From the NCBI GenBank assembly GCA_963727805.1, contig CAVSHF010000004.1:1-64000 (forward strand): a stretch of 64,000 nucleotides of DNA, read 5' to 3'. Shown here piece by piece: positions 9,472 to 20,020 of the stretch (its first letter is position 1; every line of letters begins with the position of its first letter). A program made the position numbers and the translations under genes. Source of the DNA: an uncultured Nitrospiraceae bacterium. GTDB taxonomy: Bacteria > Nitrospirota > Thermodesulfovibrionia > Thermodesulfovibrionales > Dissulfurispiraceae. The notes beneath the pieces are model-generated. The model did not search any database. It was not told the origin of the DNA and saw only the letters and a program-made list of their open reading frames with translations.

Positions 9472-10014
9472 ATGAAAAAGTTTATTTTGGTTTCGATGGT
9501 AGTTGGGATAATAGCTTTCGGATGCTCTCATAAAGTTGTGCAGAGTGAAGCTCCTATGCAAAAACCGGCGCCGACAGTGGTTGAAAGCAAACCAGTTGTA
9601 GTACAAAAACCTGCACAGGTGTCGCCGCAGGAAAAAATAAATGAAAAAGAACTAGAGATGCAGCGATTGAAGAAGGAACTGCAAGCAAAGCTGAGGGATA
9701 TTCATTTTAATTTTGATAAGGCTGACCTGGACGCCAACGCGAAAACTGCGCTCAACGATCTGGCTAATATCCTTACTAAGCACCAGAAACTGAAAGTCAT
9801 GATTGAGGGCAACTGCGATGAGAGGGGCACAAGGGAGTACAACCTCGCCCTCGGCGACAAGAGGGCAAACGCTGCAAAACAATACCTGAGCGCCGCTGGC
9901 ATTCCAGCAGCACGTATTGACACTATTAGTTACGGAAAAGAAAAGCCGCTCTGCACTGAGAGCACAGAAGAGTGCTGGACAAAAAATAGAAGAGATCATT
10001 TTATCTTGAATTAA
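9472..10014 (+). CDS. pal: Peptidoglycan-associated lipoprotein (OmpA-like domain)
   Basis: Lipobox AFGC, IEGNCDERGTREYNLALGDKRA, ISYGKEKP and NRR motifs. AGGAGG SD. Confidence 0.92.
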   Translation: MKKFILVSMVVGIIAFGCSHKVVQSEAPMQKPAPTVVESKPVVVQKPAQVSPQEKINEKELEMQRLKKELQAKLRDIHFNFDKADLDANAKTALNDLANILTKHQKLKVMIEGNCDERGTREYNLALGDKRANAAKQYLSAAGIPAARIDTISYGKEKPLCTESTEECWTKNRRDHFILN

Positions 10015-10060
10015 GACCAAAGAACTGTTTTTTTGCTAATAGAAGCAGATTATTGATCAA

Positions 10061-10102
10061 GTAATTTCAGGCCTCCGTAATAATGCGGAGGTCTGAAATT
10101 AC
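10061..10102 (+). terminator. Long stem-loop after pal (terminator or mRNA-stabilising hairpin)
   Basis: GTAATTTCAGGCCTCCGTA / TGCGGAGGTCTGAAATTAC inverted repeat with G-U pairs on the + strand. No clear U-tract. Confidence 0.6.
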
Positions 10103-10299
10103 GACAAATTTGTCTCTGAGTATCTTGACGGGGTCATCAACGGCGATATTTATGCGAAGGAGATTGTTTCTTGATAAACTGACACAATGACAATTATCAA
10201 GTCTTTCTTTTGGTTCATTCTGTTCGTTTTCATCTTGAACCGCAGCAATGTATGTGCGACCTTGACGAAAAGGTCACCCCGGCATTTGACGAGAGAGTC

Positions 10300-10630
10300 A
10301 TGAAAGTAAGTCCTTGCGCAGGCAAGCCGGCCGAAGCCTTGATGCTGGTCAACGTACCTAAACTAATCACAGCCTATTACACCGAAGTGCCTGACCCTTC
10401 GATGCCGGAACTGCGGGTTTCCTTCGGCACCTCAGGACATCGTGGTTCCGCATTCGAAAAGGCTTTCAATGAATGGCATATCCTCGCCATAAGTCAGGCC
10501 ATTTGCCTTGACCGGGATCAGAAAAAGATCAATGGCCTGCTGTTTCTCGGTATGGACACGCATGCCCTTTCCGTGCTGGCAGCAGACGGGGTGGAAATCA
10601 TGATCGCGCAGGGGGATGGATATACCCCAT
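10300..10630 (+). pseudogene. pgm: Phosphoglucomutase N-terminal fragment
   Basis: SPxAGK, LITAYY, FGTSGHRGS, FNEWHILAISQAI, GMDTHALS and GYTP motifs. Small internal deletion, and truncated before the catalytic SHNP motif. Confidence 0.85.
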
Positions 10631-10709
10631 ACTGCGATGGCGTTGCGGTTCCTCTGGAAAACGCACGAATCCTGTGGCAGAGATGAACAGATCGACGGAA
10701 GAAAAGACG

Positions 10710-11357
10710 ATGAAGAAAGCGACTGCAATCAGCTGCGTGTTTCTGGATATCGGCGGTGTCCTGCTCACCGACGGGTGGGATCGTCATGCCCGCAAAAGGG
10801 CGGCGGTTAACTTCAAGCTGGAGTTGGCTGAGATGAATGATCGGCATCACCTGACTTTTGAGACATACGAGGAGGGAAAGCTTACGCTGGAAGAATATTT
10901 AGATCTGGTGGTCTTCTATCAAAAGCGTCCGTTTACCCGGGCTCAGTTTCGAAAATTCATGTTCGCACAGTCGAAGCCATATCCCGAGATGATCGATCTG
11001 GTCACTCAGCTCAAGATCCGGCACGGGCTGAAGATCGTTGTGGTCAGCAACGAAGCACGGGAATTGAATGTTCATCGTATTCAAAAGTTCAAGCTGGATA
11101 GGTTTGTGGATTCTTTTATTTCCTCCAGCTTCGTCCACGTCCGCAAGCCCGACGCTGAGATCTTTCGGCTTGCGCTGGACATAGCCCAAGTTCCGGTCCG
11201 GCAGGTAATCTACATCGAAAACACCCCAATGTTCGTCCAGATCGCGGAAGGTTTGGGGATTCGAAGCATTCTTCACACGGATTACAGCTCCACGCGTGTA
11301 AAACTGGCTTCGTTCGGATTGCAGGATGACGAGAGAGTTATTCATGAAGTCGGCTAA
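10710..11357 (+). CDS. HAD-superfamily phosphatase
   Basis: FLDIGGVL motif I, VSN motif II, RKPD motif III. Confidence 0.9.
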   Translation: MKKATAISCVFLDIGGVLLTDGWDRHARKRAAVNFKLELAEMNDRHHLTFETYEEGKLTLEEYLDLVVFYQKRPFTRAQFRKFMFAQSKPYPEMIDLVTQLKIRHGLKIVVVSNEARELNVHRIQKFKLDRFVDSFISSSFVHVRKPDAEIFRLALDIAQVPVRQVIYIENTPMFVQIAEGLGIRSILHTDYSSTRVKLASFGLQDDERVIHEVG

Positions 11358-11704
11358 CACACGCATCCTGACGATGAATGGCGGATCGTCGAGCATCCAG
11401 TACGCGCTGTTTTGCTACCAGATCAAGCAATGGATGGGTTCCTTCGCCGCTGCTCGGTGGATTGGACACGCTGGTCTTCGCCGGAGGCATCGGCGAGAAT
11501 GCGTCCACGGTCCGCGCTCGGATTTGTGACGGACTGGGATTCCTTGGAATCGAACTCGAAGAAAAGCCAAATGCGGCGAATGAGGGCATGATTTCTGCGG
11601 ATGCGAGCTGGGCGACGGTTCGCGTTATTCGCACAGATGAAGAATTTGTGATAGCCAAGACGGTTTGCCGCGTTCTCGGCCTTGACTTAAAAAAGGAGAA
11701 TTAA
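11344..11704 (+). pseudogene. ackA: Acetate kinase remnant (large internal deletion plus frameshift)
   Basis: N-terminal ILTMNGGSSS joined directly to C-terminal FCYQIK..GSFAAA, then LGGLDTLVFAGGIGEN..IRTDEE in a shifted frame. Confidence 0.9.
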
Positions 11705-11707
11705 ACC

Positions 11708-14080
11708 ATGGAAACAAAAATCCTTTCCCCGGAACTGCTCCACAGGATTGACGCCTACTGGCGCGCCGCCAACTATCTGTCGGTCGGCCAGATATATCTT
11801 TACGACAATCCGCTGCTGAGGCGACCGATGACGCTCGCGGATGTGAAGCACATGCTGCTGGGACACTGGGGCACGACACCAGGCCAGAACTTCATCTACG
11901 TGCACCTGAACCGGGTCATCAAGAAATACGACCTTGACATGATTTACGTCTCCGGCCCGGGTCACGGCGGCCCCGCCGTCGTAGGCAACACGTATCTCGA
12001 AGGCACTTACAGCGAGATATATCCTGACATCAGCCAGGATGAAGCCGGGCTTCGAAAGCTCTTTGTTCAGTTTTCATTTCCCGGGGGAATTCCCAGTCAT
12101 GCATCTCCGGAGTGCCCTGGCTCGATCCACGAGGGCGGCGAACTGGGCTATTCCCTCAGTCATTCGTTCGGGGCTGTCTTCGACAATCCCAATCTCGTCG
12201 TCGCCTGCGTCGTCGGAGATGGCGAGGCGGAAACCGGACCGCTAGCCACAGCGTGGCATTCCAACAAGTTTCTCAATCCGTCCACCGACGGCGCGGTGCT
12301 GCCGATCCTGCATCTCAACGGGTACAAGATTTCCAACCCGACCCTCCTTGCGCGTATCACTCGTGAAGAATTGGAACAGTTGCTCCGCGGCTACGGTTGG
12401 ACTCCCTACTTCGTCGAGGGTCACGATCCCGAGCTGATGCATGAGGCCATGGCCGCGACGCTCGACACAGCGGTGGAGGAGATCAAACGAATCCAAAATG
12501 ATGCCCGTATCCACAGCAACTTCTCGCGTCCGCGCTGGCCGATGATCGTTCTTGTGTCACCCAAGGGGTGGACGGGGCCAAAGATCATCGATGGCCTGCA
12601 GATTGAAGGCACCTTCCGTGCTCACCAGGTGCCACTTTCCGATCCGGCCATCCATCCCGAACACCTCAAGCTGCTGGAAGACTGGCTAAGAAGCTACCGG
12701 CCGGAGGAACTCTTTGATGAGCAGGGGCGCCTGAACCCGGAACTGGCCGAACTGGCGCCCAAGGGTGAACGCCGCATGGGCGCCAACCCTCACGCCAACG
12801 GCGGCATTCTGCTACGGGACCTGAGGATGCCGGATTTCCGCGACTATGCGGAGGACGTGCCGGCGCCAGGGGTGCACGGTATCGGCGACGTGCATGTCCT
12901 CGGTCCTTTCCTCAGGGATGTGGTGAAACTGAACAGCGAGCAGCGGAATTTCCGGGTCTTTGGTCCCGACGAGACGCTCTCCAACGGCCTGGAAGCCCTC
13001 TTTGAAGTGACCCAACGCCAGTGGAATGCCGCGACCATACCGAACGACGAATTTCTCGCGCCCGCTGGGCGCGTACTGGACTCAATGCTCAGTGAGCACC
13101 AGTGCGAGGGCTGGCTCGAGGGCTACCTGCTCACCGGGCGGCATGGACTCTTCAACTGCTACGAGGCGTTCATCCACATCATCGATTCGATGTTCAACCA
13201 GCACGCCAAGTGGTTGAAGGTCACGTCGCACCTCCCTTGGCGGCGGGAGATCTCCTCGTTAAACTACCTGCTGGCATCGCATGTCTGGCGCCAGGACCAC
13301 AACGGCTTTACCCACCAGGATCCGGGGTTCATCGACCACGTCGTGAACAAGAAGGCCGAAGTCGTGCGCGTTTACTTTCCCCCGGATGCAAACTGCCTGC
13401 TGTCGGTGATGGACCACTGCCTGCGCAGCCGCCATTACGTCAATGTCGTGATCGCGGGAAAACACCCGGCGCCGCAATGGCTGACGATGGAAGCCGCCAT
13501 CAAGCACTGCACCGAGGGCATCGGCATCTGGTCATGGGCCAGCAACGACCAGTACGGTTCACCCGACGTGGTCATGGCCTGCTGTGGCGACGTGCCCACG
13601 CTTGAGACGCTTGCTGCCGTTTCCATTATACGCGAGCACCTTCCCGACCTGAAAATCCGTGTGGTCAACGTAATGGACCTCATGAAGCTGCAGCCGCAAA
13701 CCGAGCATCCGCACGGGTTGAGCGATATGGATTTCGACGAGATCTTCACCAAGGACAAGCCGGTCATCTTCGCCTTTCATGCCTACCCGTGGTTGATTCA
13801 CCGGCTCACTTACCGCCGTACTAACCACAAAAACATTCACGTCCGTGGCTACAAGGAAGAGGGCACAATAACCACGCCCTTCGATATGACGGTGCTGAAT
13901 GATCTGGACCGCTTCCACCTGGTGATGGACACCATTGACCGCCTGCCGCAGACCGCTGACAAAGGCATCTACCTGAAGCAGCAGCTCAAGGACAAGCTGA
14001 TCGAGCATAAGCAATACATAGAGAAATACGGACAAGATATGCCGGAAATCCAGAACTGGAAATGGAGCAACCCAAAATGA
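11708..14080 (+). CDS. xfp: Xylulose-5-P/fructose-6-P phosphoketolase
   Basis: [24 protein letters not shown] (TPP binding) and [12 protein letters not shown] motifs. Full length. Confidence 0.97.
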   Translation: METKILSPELLHRIDAYWRAANYLSVGQIYLYDNPLLRRPMTLADVKHMLLGHWGTTPGQNFIYVHLNRVIKKYDLDMIYVSGPGHGGPAVVGNTYLEGTYSEIYPDISQDEAGLRKLFVQFSFPGGIPSHASPECPGSIHEGGELGYSLSHSFGAVFDNPNLVVACVVGDGEAETGPLATAWHSNKFLNPSTDGAVLPILHLNGYKISNPTLLARITREELEQLLRGYGWTPYFVEGHDPELMHEAMAATLDTAVEEIKRIQNDARIHSNFSRPRWPMIVLVSPKGWTGPKIIDGLQIEGTFRAHQVPLSDPAIHPEHLKLLEDWLRSYRPEELFDEQGRLNPELAELAPKGERRMGANPHANGGILLRDLRMPDFRDYAEDVPAPGVHGIGDVHVLGPFLRDVVKLNSEQRNFRVFGPDETLSNGLEALFEVTQRQWNAATIPNDEFLAPAGRVLDSMLSEHQCEGWLEGYLLTGRHGLFNCYEAFIHIIDSMFNQHAKWLKVTSHLPWRREISSLNYLLASHVWRQDHNGFTHQDPGFIDHVVNKKAEVVRVYFPPDANCLLSVMDHCLRSRHYVNVVIAGKHPAPQWLTMEAAIKHCTEGIGIWSWASNDQYGSPDVVMACCGDVPTLETLAAVSIIREHLPDLKIRVVNVMDLMKLQPQTEHPHGLSDMDFDEIFTKDKPVIFAFHAYPWLIHRLTYRRTNHKNIHVRGYKEEGTITTPFDMTVLNDLDRFHLVMDTIDRLPQTADKGIYLKQQLKDKLIEHKQYIEKYGQDMPEIQNWKWSNPK

Positions 14081-15099
14081 ATGCGCAAGAGCTAATAGAC
14101 ATCGCGAGAACGTTGGTCGCCGGCGATAAGGGCCTGCTGGCGATGGATGAAAGTAATGCAACCTGCGACAAGCGATTTGCCCGGCTGGGGATTCCGCAGA
14201 CTGAAGAGGCCCGGCGCGCCTATCGGGAGTTGATTGTGACCACACCCAGTCTCGGTGAGTGTATAAGTGGCGCGATCCTTTACGACGAGACTATTCGCCA
14301 GCAGAAGAAGGATGGCTCTCCCTTTGTGAAAGCCATCACCGATGCGGGAATCATTCCCGGCATCAAGGTCGACACCGGTGCAAAGGACATGGCTGCTCAT
14401 CCCGGAGAGAAAATAACCGAAGGCCTAGACGGATTGCGCGATCGCCTCAAGGAATATTTTGAAATTGGGGCTCGTTTTGCAAAGTGGCGAGCGGTAATCG
14501 CAGTGGGCGATGCCATTCCCAGCCGGGGTTGCATCGAGGCCAACGCGCAGACATTGGCTCGCTATGCAGCATTGTGCCAGGAAGCCGGACTGGTCCCTGT
14601 CGTCGAGCCGGAAGTGCTTATGGACGGCGCTCATACTCTGAAGCGGTGTTTCGAGGTAACGGAGAAAGTCTTGCGAACGGTATTCGAGCAACTTTTCACA
14701 CACCGGGTGACACTGGAGGGTATGATCTTGAAGCCCAACATGGTTCTTCCGGGATTGACCTGCCCCAAACAAGAGACCGTGGAGGAGGTGGCCGACGCCA
14801 CGGTGAAGTGCCTCCTGCGGGCCGTTCCGGCCGCAGTTCCGGGGATTGCATTCTTGTCGGGCGGTCAATCCGGTGAACTGGCCTCAGCCCGTTTAAGTGC
14901 CATGAATATAAGATTTAAGTCGCGACTGCCTTGGGCGTTAGCATTTTCGTTTGCCCGTGCCATCCAGCAACCGGCTTTGGAGATTTGGCATGGCGAGAAG
15001 GCGCAAGTGCCAGCAGCACAGCTAGCTCTGTATCATCGAGCCAGCTGCAATCGCGCTGCGCGTCGTGGTGAATACATTGACACCATGGAAAGGGCATGA
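14077..15099 (+). CDS. Fructose-bisphosphate aldolase class I
   Basis: [26 protein letters not shown] (Schiff-base Lys) and FLSGGQ motifs. Confidence 0.95.
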   Translation: MNAQELIDIARTLVAGDKGLLAMDESNATCDKRFARLGIPQTEEARRAYRELIVTTPSLGECISGAILYDETIRQQKKDGSPFVKAITDAGIIPGIKVDTGAKDMAAHPGEKITEGLDGLRDRLKEYFEIGARFAKWRAVIAVGDAIPSRGCIEANAQTLARYAALCQEAGLVPVVEPEVLMDGAHTLKRCFEVTEKVLRTVFEQLFTHRVTLEGMILKPNMVLPGLTCPKQETVEEVADATVKCLLRAVPAAVPGIAFLSGGQSGELASARLSAMNIRFKSRLPWALAFSFARAIQQPALEIWHGEKAQVPAAQLALYHRASCNRAARRGEYIDTMERA

Positions 15100-17582
15100 A
15101 CATGACAACTGCAAAGGACGATCTAAAATCCCTTCCGATGCCGGAACTGCAGGTAAAACTGGGGTTCTCGCCGGATGGTCTCAGTCAATCCGAGGCGCAG
15201 AAACGGCTGACCCAATATGGGACTAACGAGATTGAAGAAAAGAAAACCAATCCGTTCCTGAAATTCCTCAGTTATTTTTGGGGGCCGATCCCGTGGATGA
15301 TCGAAGCGGCTGTGGTCCTTTCAGCTGTAGCCCGGCATTGGCCCGACTTTGCTATCATCTCCCTTCTGCTTCTGGCCAACGCCGTGGTCGGATTCTGGGA
15401 AGAACATCAGGCGGGCAACGCCATCGCCGCGCTGAAGGCCAAGCTGGCAATCAAGGCTCAAGTGAAACGCGATGGAAAGTGGACCAACCCGGAGGCGCGT
15501 GAGCTCGTGCCCGGTGATGTAATCCATGTGCGTCTGGGCGACATCGTGCCGGCGGATGCGAGATTGCTGGAGGGTGATCCTATAGAGGTGGACCAGTCCG
15601 CGCTGACGGGAGAATCGTTGCCCGTCACGCATAAATCCGGCGAGGCGGTGTTCTCAGGTTCGATCATCCGCACGGGTGAGATCGACGCGTTCGTGTACAC
15701 CACAGGCCAGAACACCTACTTCGGCAGGACGGCCCAACTGGTGCAAGGGGCGCAGACAGCCAGCCATTTCCAACGAGCAGTGTTGAAGATTGGTAATTAC
15801 CTGATCATCCTGGCAGTGGTTCTGGTGACGGTGATTATTGCCGTCGCAATCTTCCGCGGCGACCCGATCCTCACCACACTTCAATTCGCATTGGTGCTGA
15901 CGGTGGCCGCGATTCCCGTGGCGATGCCCACAGTGCTGTCCGTGACGATGGCGGTAGGCGCGCGCTTGCTCGCTAAGAAAGAGGCCATTGTGACTAGGTT
16001 GGCGGCCATCGAAGAATTGGCGGGCGTGGACGTGCTGTGTTCAGACAAGACCGGAACCCTGACCCAGAACAAGCTAACGCTGGGTGATCCTTTCAGCGTG
16101 AACGGCATTACGGCCGATCAAGTTATTCTCAACGCCTCGCTGGCCTCACGCGCGGACAATAAGGACACCATCGACCTGGCCGTGCTGGGTGGCCTGAAAA
16201 ATGATCAGGCTTTGAAAGGCTACCAGGTGGTCCATTTCCAGCCATTCGACCCTGTGCATAAGCGCACCGAAGCCACCATCAAGGGCACTGACGGAAAAGA
16301 GTTCAAGGTGACCAAGGGCGCACCGCAGGTGATATTGGAGTTGTCGGCCAATGCAGGACAGGTGAAGCCCGCCATCGAGAAAGCCGTCAACGAATTCGCA
16401 ACTCGCGGCTTCCGTTCGCTGGGTGTGGCGCGGGCCGAAGGAGAAGGTCAATGGCAGTTTCTTGGTGTGTTGCCCCTGTTCGATCCACCCCGGGAAGATG
16501 CTAAGGCAACCATCACGACCGCCCGACAGATGGGGGTCAATGTCAAGATGATTACGGGCGACGCACTGGCCATCGCCCAGGAAACCGCCAGAAAATTAGG
16601 GATGGGCACAAATATTCTCGATGCCAGCAGCTTCGGCGACACGAAGCACCACGAGACGGCGCAGTTGGCGGAGTCCATCGAAAAAGCCGACGGTTTCGCC
16701 CAGGTCTTCCCCGAACACAAGTTCCACATTATAGACGTCCTGCAGCAACGCGGCCACATCGTCGGCATGACAGGCGATGGGGTGAACGACGCCCCACCGC
16801 TGAAAAAGGCCGATTGCGGCATCGCCGTTTTAGGCGCCACGGATGCGGCGCGCGCGGCGGCATCCATCGTGCTGATGACGCCCGGCCTGTCGGTTATCAT
16901 AGACGCGATCAAGGAGAGCCGGAAAATCTTCCAGCGGATGAACAGCTACGCCATATACCGCATCGCCGAAACGCTACGCGTTCTGTTGTTCATGACGCTG
17001 TCGATCCTGGTGTTTAATTTTTATCCCTTGACGGCGGTGATGATCGTGATGCTGGCGTTGCTCAACGATGGAGCGATCCTGTCCATTGCTTATGACAACG
17101 TTAAGTACAAGGATAAGCCCGAGGCATGGAACATGCCCATGGTGCTGGGGGTCGCCACAGTGCTGGGCGTTATCGGAGTCGTCTCCGCCTTCGGTTTGTT
17201 CTATCTCGGCGAGCACATCTTTCATCTCGACCGTGCACACATCCAAACGCTGATGTATTTGAAGCTGTCCGTGGCGGGACATCTGACGATCTTCCTCACA
17301 CGCACGCGCGGCCCGTTCTGGTCTCATCGTCCCGCACGGATCTTATGTATAGCGGTGTTCGGCACGCAAGTCTTAGCGACTTTGATAGCCGTTTATGGGC
17401 TTTTTATGACACCCCTCGGGTGGGGTTGGGCACTGTCTGTTTGGGGCTATGCTCTTGTGTGGTTCCTCGTGAATGACCGCTTGAAACTGCTCGCGTATCG
17501 GGTGTTCGATCCAACCGCTGCGCCCTTGTTGGCCAAGATACCTGCCGACGTGACACCGCAGATCACCGGGCGAGCCTATTAA
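15096..17582 (+). CDS. P3A-type plasma-membrane H+-efflux P-type ATPase (C-terminal domain cut off by a nonsense codon)
   Basis: WGPIPWMIE, LTGES, IPVAMP, DKTGTLT and TGDGVNDAP motifs. Confidence 0.93.
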   Translation: MNMTTAKDDLKSLPMPELQVKLGFSPDGLSQSEAQKRLTQYGTNEIEEKKTNPFLKFLSYFWGPIPWMIEAAVVLSAVARHWPDFAIISLLLLANAVVGFWEEHQAGNAIAALKAKLAIKAQVKRDGKWTNPEARELVPGDVIHVRLGDIVPADARLLEGDPIEVDQSALTGESLPVTHKSGEAVFSGSIIRTGEIDAFVYTTGQNTYFGRTAQLVQGAQTASHFQRAVLKIGNYLIILAVVLVTVIIAVAIFRGDPILTTLQFALVLTVAAIPVAMPTVLSVTMAVGARLLAKKEAIVTRLAAIEELAGVDVLCSDKTGTLTQNKLTLGDPFSVNGITADQVILNASLASRADNKDTIDLAVLGGLKNDQALKGYQVVHFQPFDPVHKRTEATIKGTDGKEFKVTKGAPQVILELSANAGQVKPAIEKAVNEFATRGFRSLGVARAEGEGQWQFLGVLPLFDPPREDAKATITTARQMGVNVKMITGDALAIAQETARKLGMGTNILDASSFGDTKHHETAQLAESIEKADGFAQVFPEHKFHIIDVLQQRGHIVGMTGDGVNDAPPLKKADCGIAVLGATDAARAAASIVLMTPGLSVIIDAIKESRKIFQRMNSYAIYRIAETLRVLLFMTLSILVFNFYPLTAVMIVMLALLNDGAILSIAYDNVKYKDKPEAWNMPMVLGVATVLGVIGVVSAFGLFYLGEHIFHLDRAHIQTLMYLKLSVAGHLTIFLTRTRGPFWSHRPARILCIAVFGTQVLATLIAVYGLFMTPLGWGWALSVWGYALVWFLVNDRLKLLAYRVFDPTAAPLLAKIPADVTPQITGRAY

Positions 17583-17928
17583 TTATATGAGCGGCAAGGA
17601 CGCCGCGAAGGCCACGCGATTCCTGACTGGCTCCAGGCGGAGCGGTGGGTGCGTAAAGAACCCCATAAATAAAAAGACGCGAACAGCGCGGCGGATATTG
17701 CTGAAGCAATAAAGATGAAATAAAAGCCACCAATTTCCGCAAACCGCCAAGGGAAAACAGACTTTAATTGACAGAGAAGATCCGAAAGCTCTTTAATGGA
17801 TTCACTGGAAGCAGGGTTCATTCCTTTAAATAGGTAAACTTGATTATGGATGACGATGATGAAACGATTAATGATTGTCTTATCGGTTTTATGATTAAAC
17901 GAAGATAATAAATTTTAAAGGAGGACGT

Positions 17929-18378
17929 ATGATTTCAAAAATACTTGTTCCGACAGACGGGTCCAAGGCGGCTCTGAAGGCAGCCATATATGCGATTGAC
18001 CTTGCAAAACAGTTAAGAGCCGAAGTAATTGCCCTGAGCATTATTGATAAGCGCGCATTTATGGTCCAGACAGTTCCCGCTGGGGAGACTGCAAAGAATG
18101 TAATAGAGCCTATCGGGGATTACCTGCGAGATGCTGCTGAAGTGTATGTCGGAGAAATAAAAAAGCGCTGCGATAAAGATGGAGTCATGTCAAAGACTGT
18201 AATAACGGCAGGGCATCCGGTTGAGGGTATTCTGAAAGAGGCTGCAAGGGCGAAGGCCGATCTGATTATTATGGGTTCTCACGGGAAGAGCGCTTTAGCC
18301 GCCGCGGTTATCGGCAGCGTTACCTATGGCGTAATCCACAAAGATACAAAGATTCCCGTTCTTATCGTGAGGCGGTAG
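17929..18378 (+). CDS. Universal stress protein (UspA family)
   Basis: KILVPTDGS, ADLIIMGSHG..GSV and PVLIVR motifs. Confidence 0.95.
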   Translation: MISKILVPTDGSKAALKAAIYAIDLAKQLRAEVIALSIIDKRAFMVQTVPAGETAKNVIEPIGDYLRDAAEVYVGEIKKRCDKDGVMSKTVITAGHPVEGILKEAARAKADLIIMGSHGKSALAAAVIGSVTYGVIHKDTKIPVLIVRR

Positions 18379-18457
18379 TGAAGGGGAACCTCCAGCCTTA
18401 GGATGCACATTCAGCGGTCGTACAATCAAAGACTCCAATTGACCGAGGGAAGGGCAG

Positions 18458-18806
18458 CTAAGTCTCACAGAACTGCCGGTCCTTGGCAGTTGCATCGATG
18501 TTATGCCAGAAAACGTCCAGGAGCTTCCCATAGTTTACTTTTGTTGGATCATATACGACTTGGATGGACTCAGCGTGCCCAGTTCCACCTGCAGAGACCT
18601 CTTTGTAAGTAGGATCCTTTTTCTGTCCGCCAGTGTAACCTAATGTGACCGAAACAACGCCCGGAATCTGCTCAAAAGGATGCTTCATGCACTAAAAGCA
18701 GCCACCTGCGAAGGTCGCTTTCTCAAGATTACTTGCCGCCATGACTGTCGACGCTACAAAAAAAGCTGTAGACAGTCCCATCACTGCGATAATGAAATAT
18801 TTTCAT
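18458..18806 (-). pseudogene. msrA: Peptide-methionine (S)-S-oxide reductase, inactivated
   Basis: KATFAGGCF*C (TGG changed to TAG in the GCFW motif), GYTGG, PTYKEV, TGHAE and QFC motifs. Frameshifted N-terminus, truncated C-terminus. Confidence 0.9.
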
Positions 18807-19161
18807 AATTGTTTTCCTCCCTAGATTCAGGCGACGACTGCGAAATGGCTGGCAGGAAAATTGGGGATAAGCATAAAAATAAACTGCAGAAAGTTTTGCG
18901 TATTTTCGACTCAAACAAAGCGTCATCACCGCGTTGGGTGCACTCTGGATTTTAAGCAGAACACGATAACGCGGGTCGCTGATTGTTTTCGACAAATCAC
19001 CAAATTCATGGCATTCGTATAATTGATGGGGTTCAGGTGCACATAAGTTTTTGAGGACAAGATCGTTGGTCTGGATTACTGGAAGAAATCTTGCATATTG
19101 AACAGTGTCCCAACGATGATGACTTTAAGTTATCATCGGTCCGTTCTAGATGGTCTGTCTT

Positions 19162-19593
19162 TCAATTAGCCGGGCGCGGAGTTTCGCAATAGGAAGCACT
19201 TCCCTTCACGCATCCGCCTGCACAAGCTGCTTGTCCAAGACCGTCAAAGGCAGCTCCTCCGTCTGGCTCTGAAGAGCAATTGACTTCACCGAAAGCATTC
19301 ATTATGCACTGACCAGGACCACAAAGAATTTCTCCCATTCTGTTTTTTATTATGCCGCCACCGGGTGTGGAACACATGACTTGCCCGTAAGTGCCCTGAA
19401 TGCAAGCACCGCCAGGTGAGGCACAAATAACTTCTCCTGATATGTTTTTAATGCAGTCTTCTTTTGCGCTTGAGACCGAAACGAGAGTTAATGAAAGTAG
19501 TAATATGAATAATACAAGACGAATGCTCACACGTGACCTCCGGAAAATAATTTCCAGAATACTCATTCTGGTATAATCGACATTAGAACTCAT
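19162..19593 (-). CDS. Secreted Cys/Gly-rich repeat protein
   Basis: Signal peptide followed by five G-[EQ]-x-x-C repeat units. Confidence 0.7.
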   Translation of the reverse strand: MSSNVDYTRMSILEIIFRRSRVSIRLVLFILLLSLTLVSVSSAKEDCIKNISGEVICASPGGACIQGTYGQVMCSTPGGGIIKNRMGEILCGPGQCIMNAFGEVNCSSEPDGGAAFDGLGQAACAGGCVKGSASYCETPRPAN

Positions 19594-20020
19594 GGCATTG
19601 TCCTATCATACTAAACATATTTATGCAGGCCTGCAATAATTCGCAGTTTCCTTTATCTTCAGTTCATGCCGTTATCATTACTTTGTCTATAAGACGCCTG
19701 TGCAAGCAAAAGGTTACAATGCCGGATATACACTCGCGAGCAATCCGGGACACCTCCCATATGCAAAGTTTCTTCATTGGCCATGTCTGCTGCCCTCATC
19801 AACAGCACAAACAATATCTACGTACAACCTTAACTCGTTCGCAAATGGTGCTGTGATAGACATATGAGACGAACCCTGCCGCTGTGTTTTGACGACTACT
19901 GTATATTGCCAGAAATAATCATTGCGACTGCGGGATCTTTTAAAAAAATGATTATACGTAGTAGACGAGAATCTGGTTCTGATAACTACCGAAAGCCTTT
20001 GCAGAGTGCCCCGCGGCTTG

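Noticed and set aside
10187..10200. FNR/FixK-like box ATGAC-N4-ATCAA upstream of the pgm-xfp cluster
   Set aside because: Two mismatches in an AT-rich region and no matching promoter located.
12039..17476. Many alternative-frame and antisense ORFs inside xfp, aldolase and the ATPase
   Set aside because: Expected shadow ORFs of GC-rich coding sequence with no recognisable motifs.
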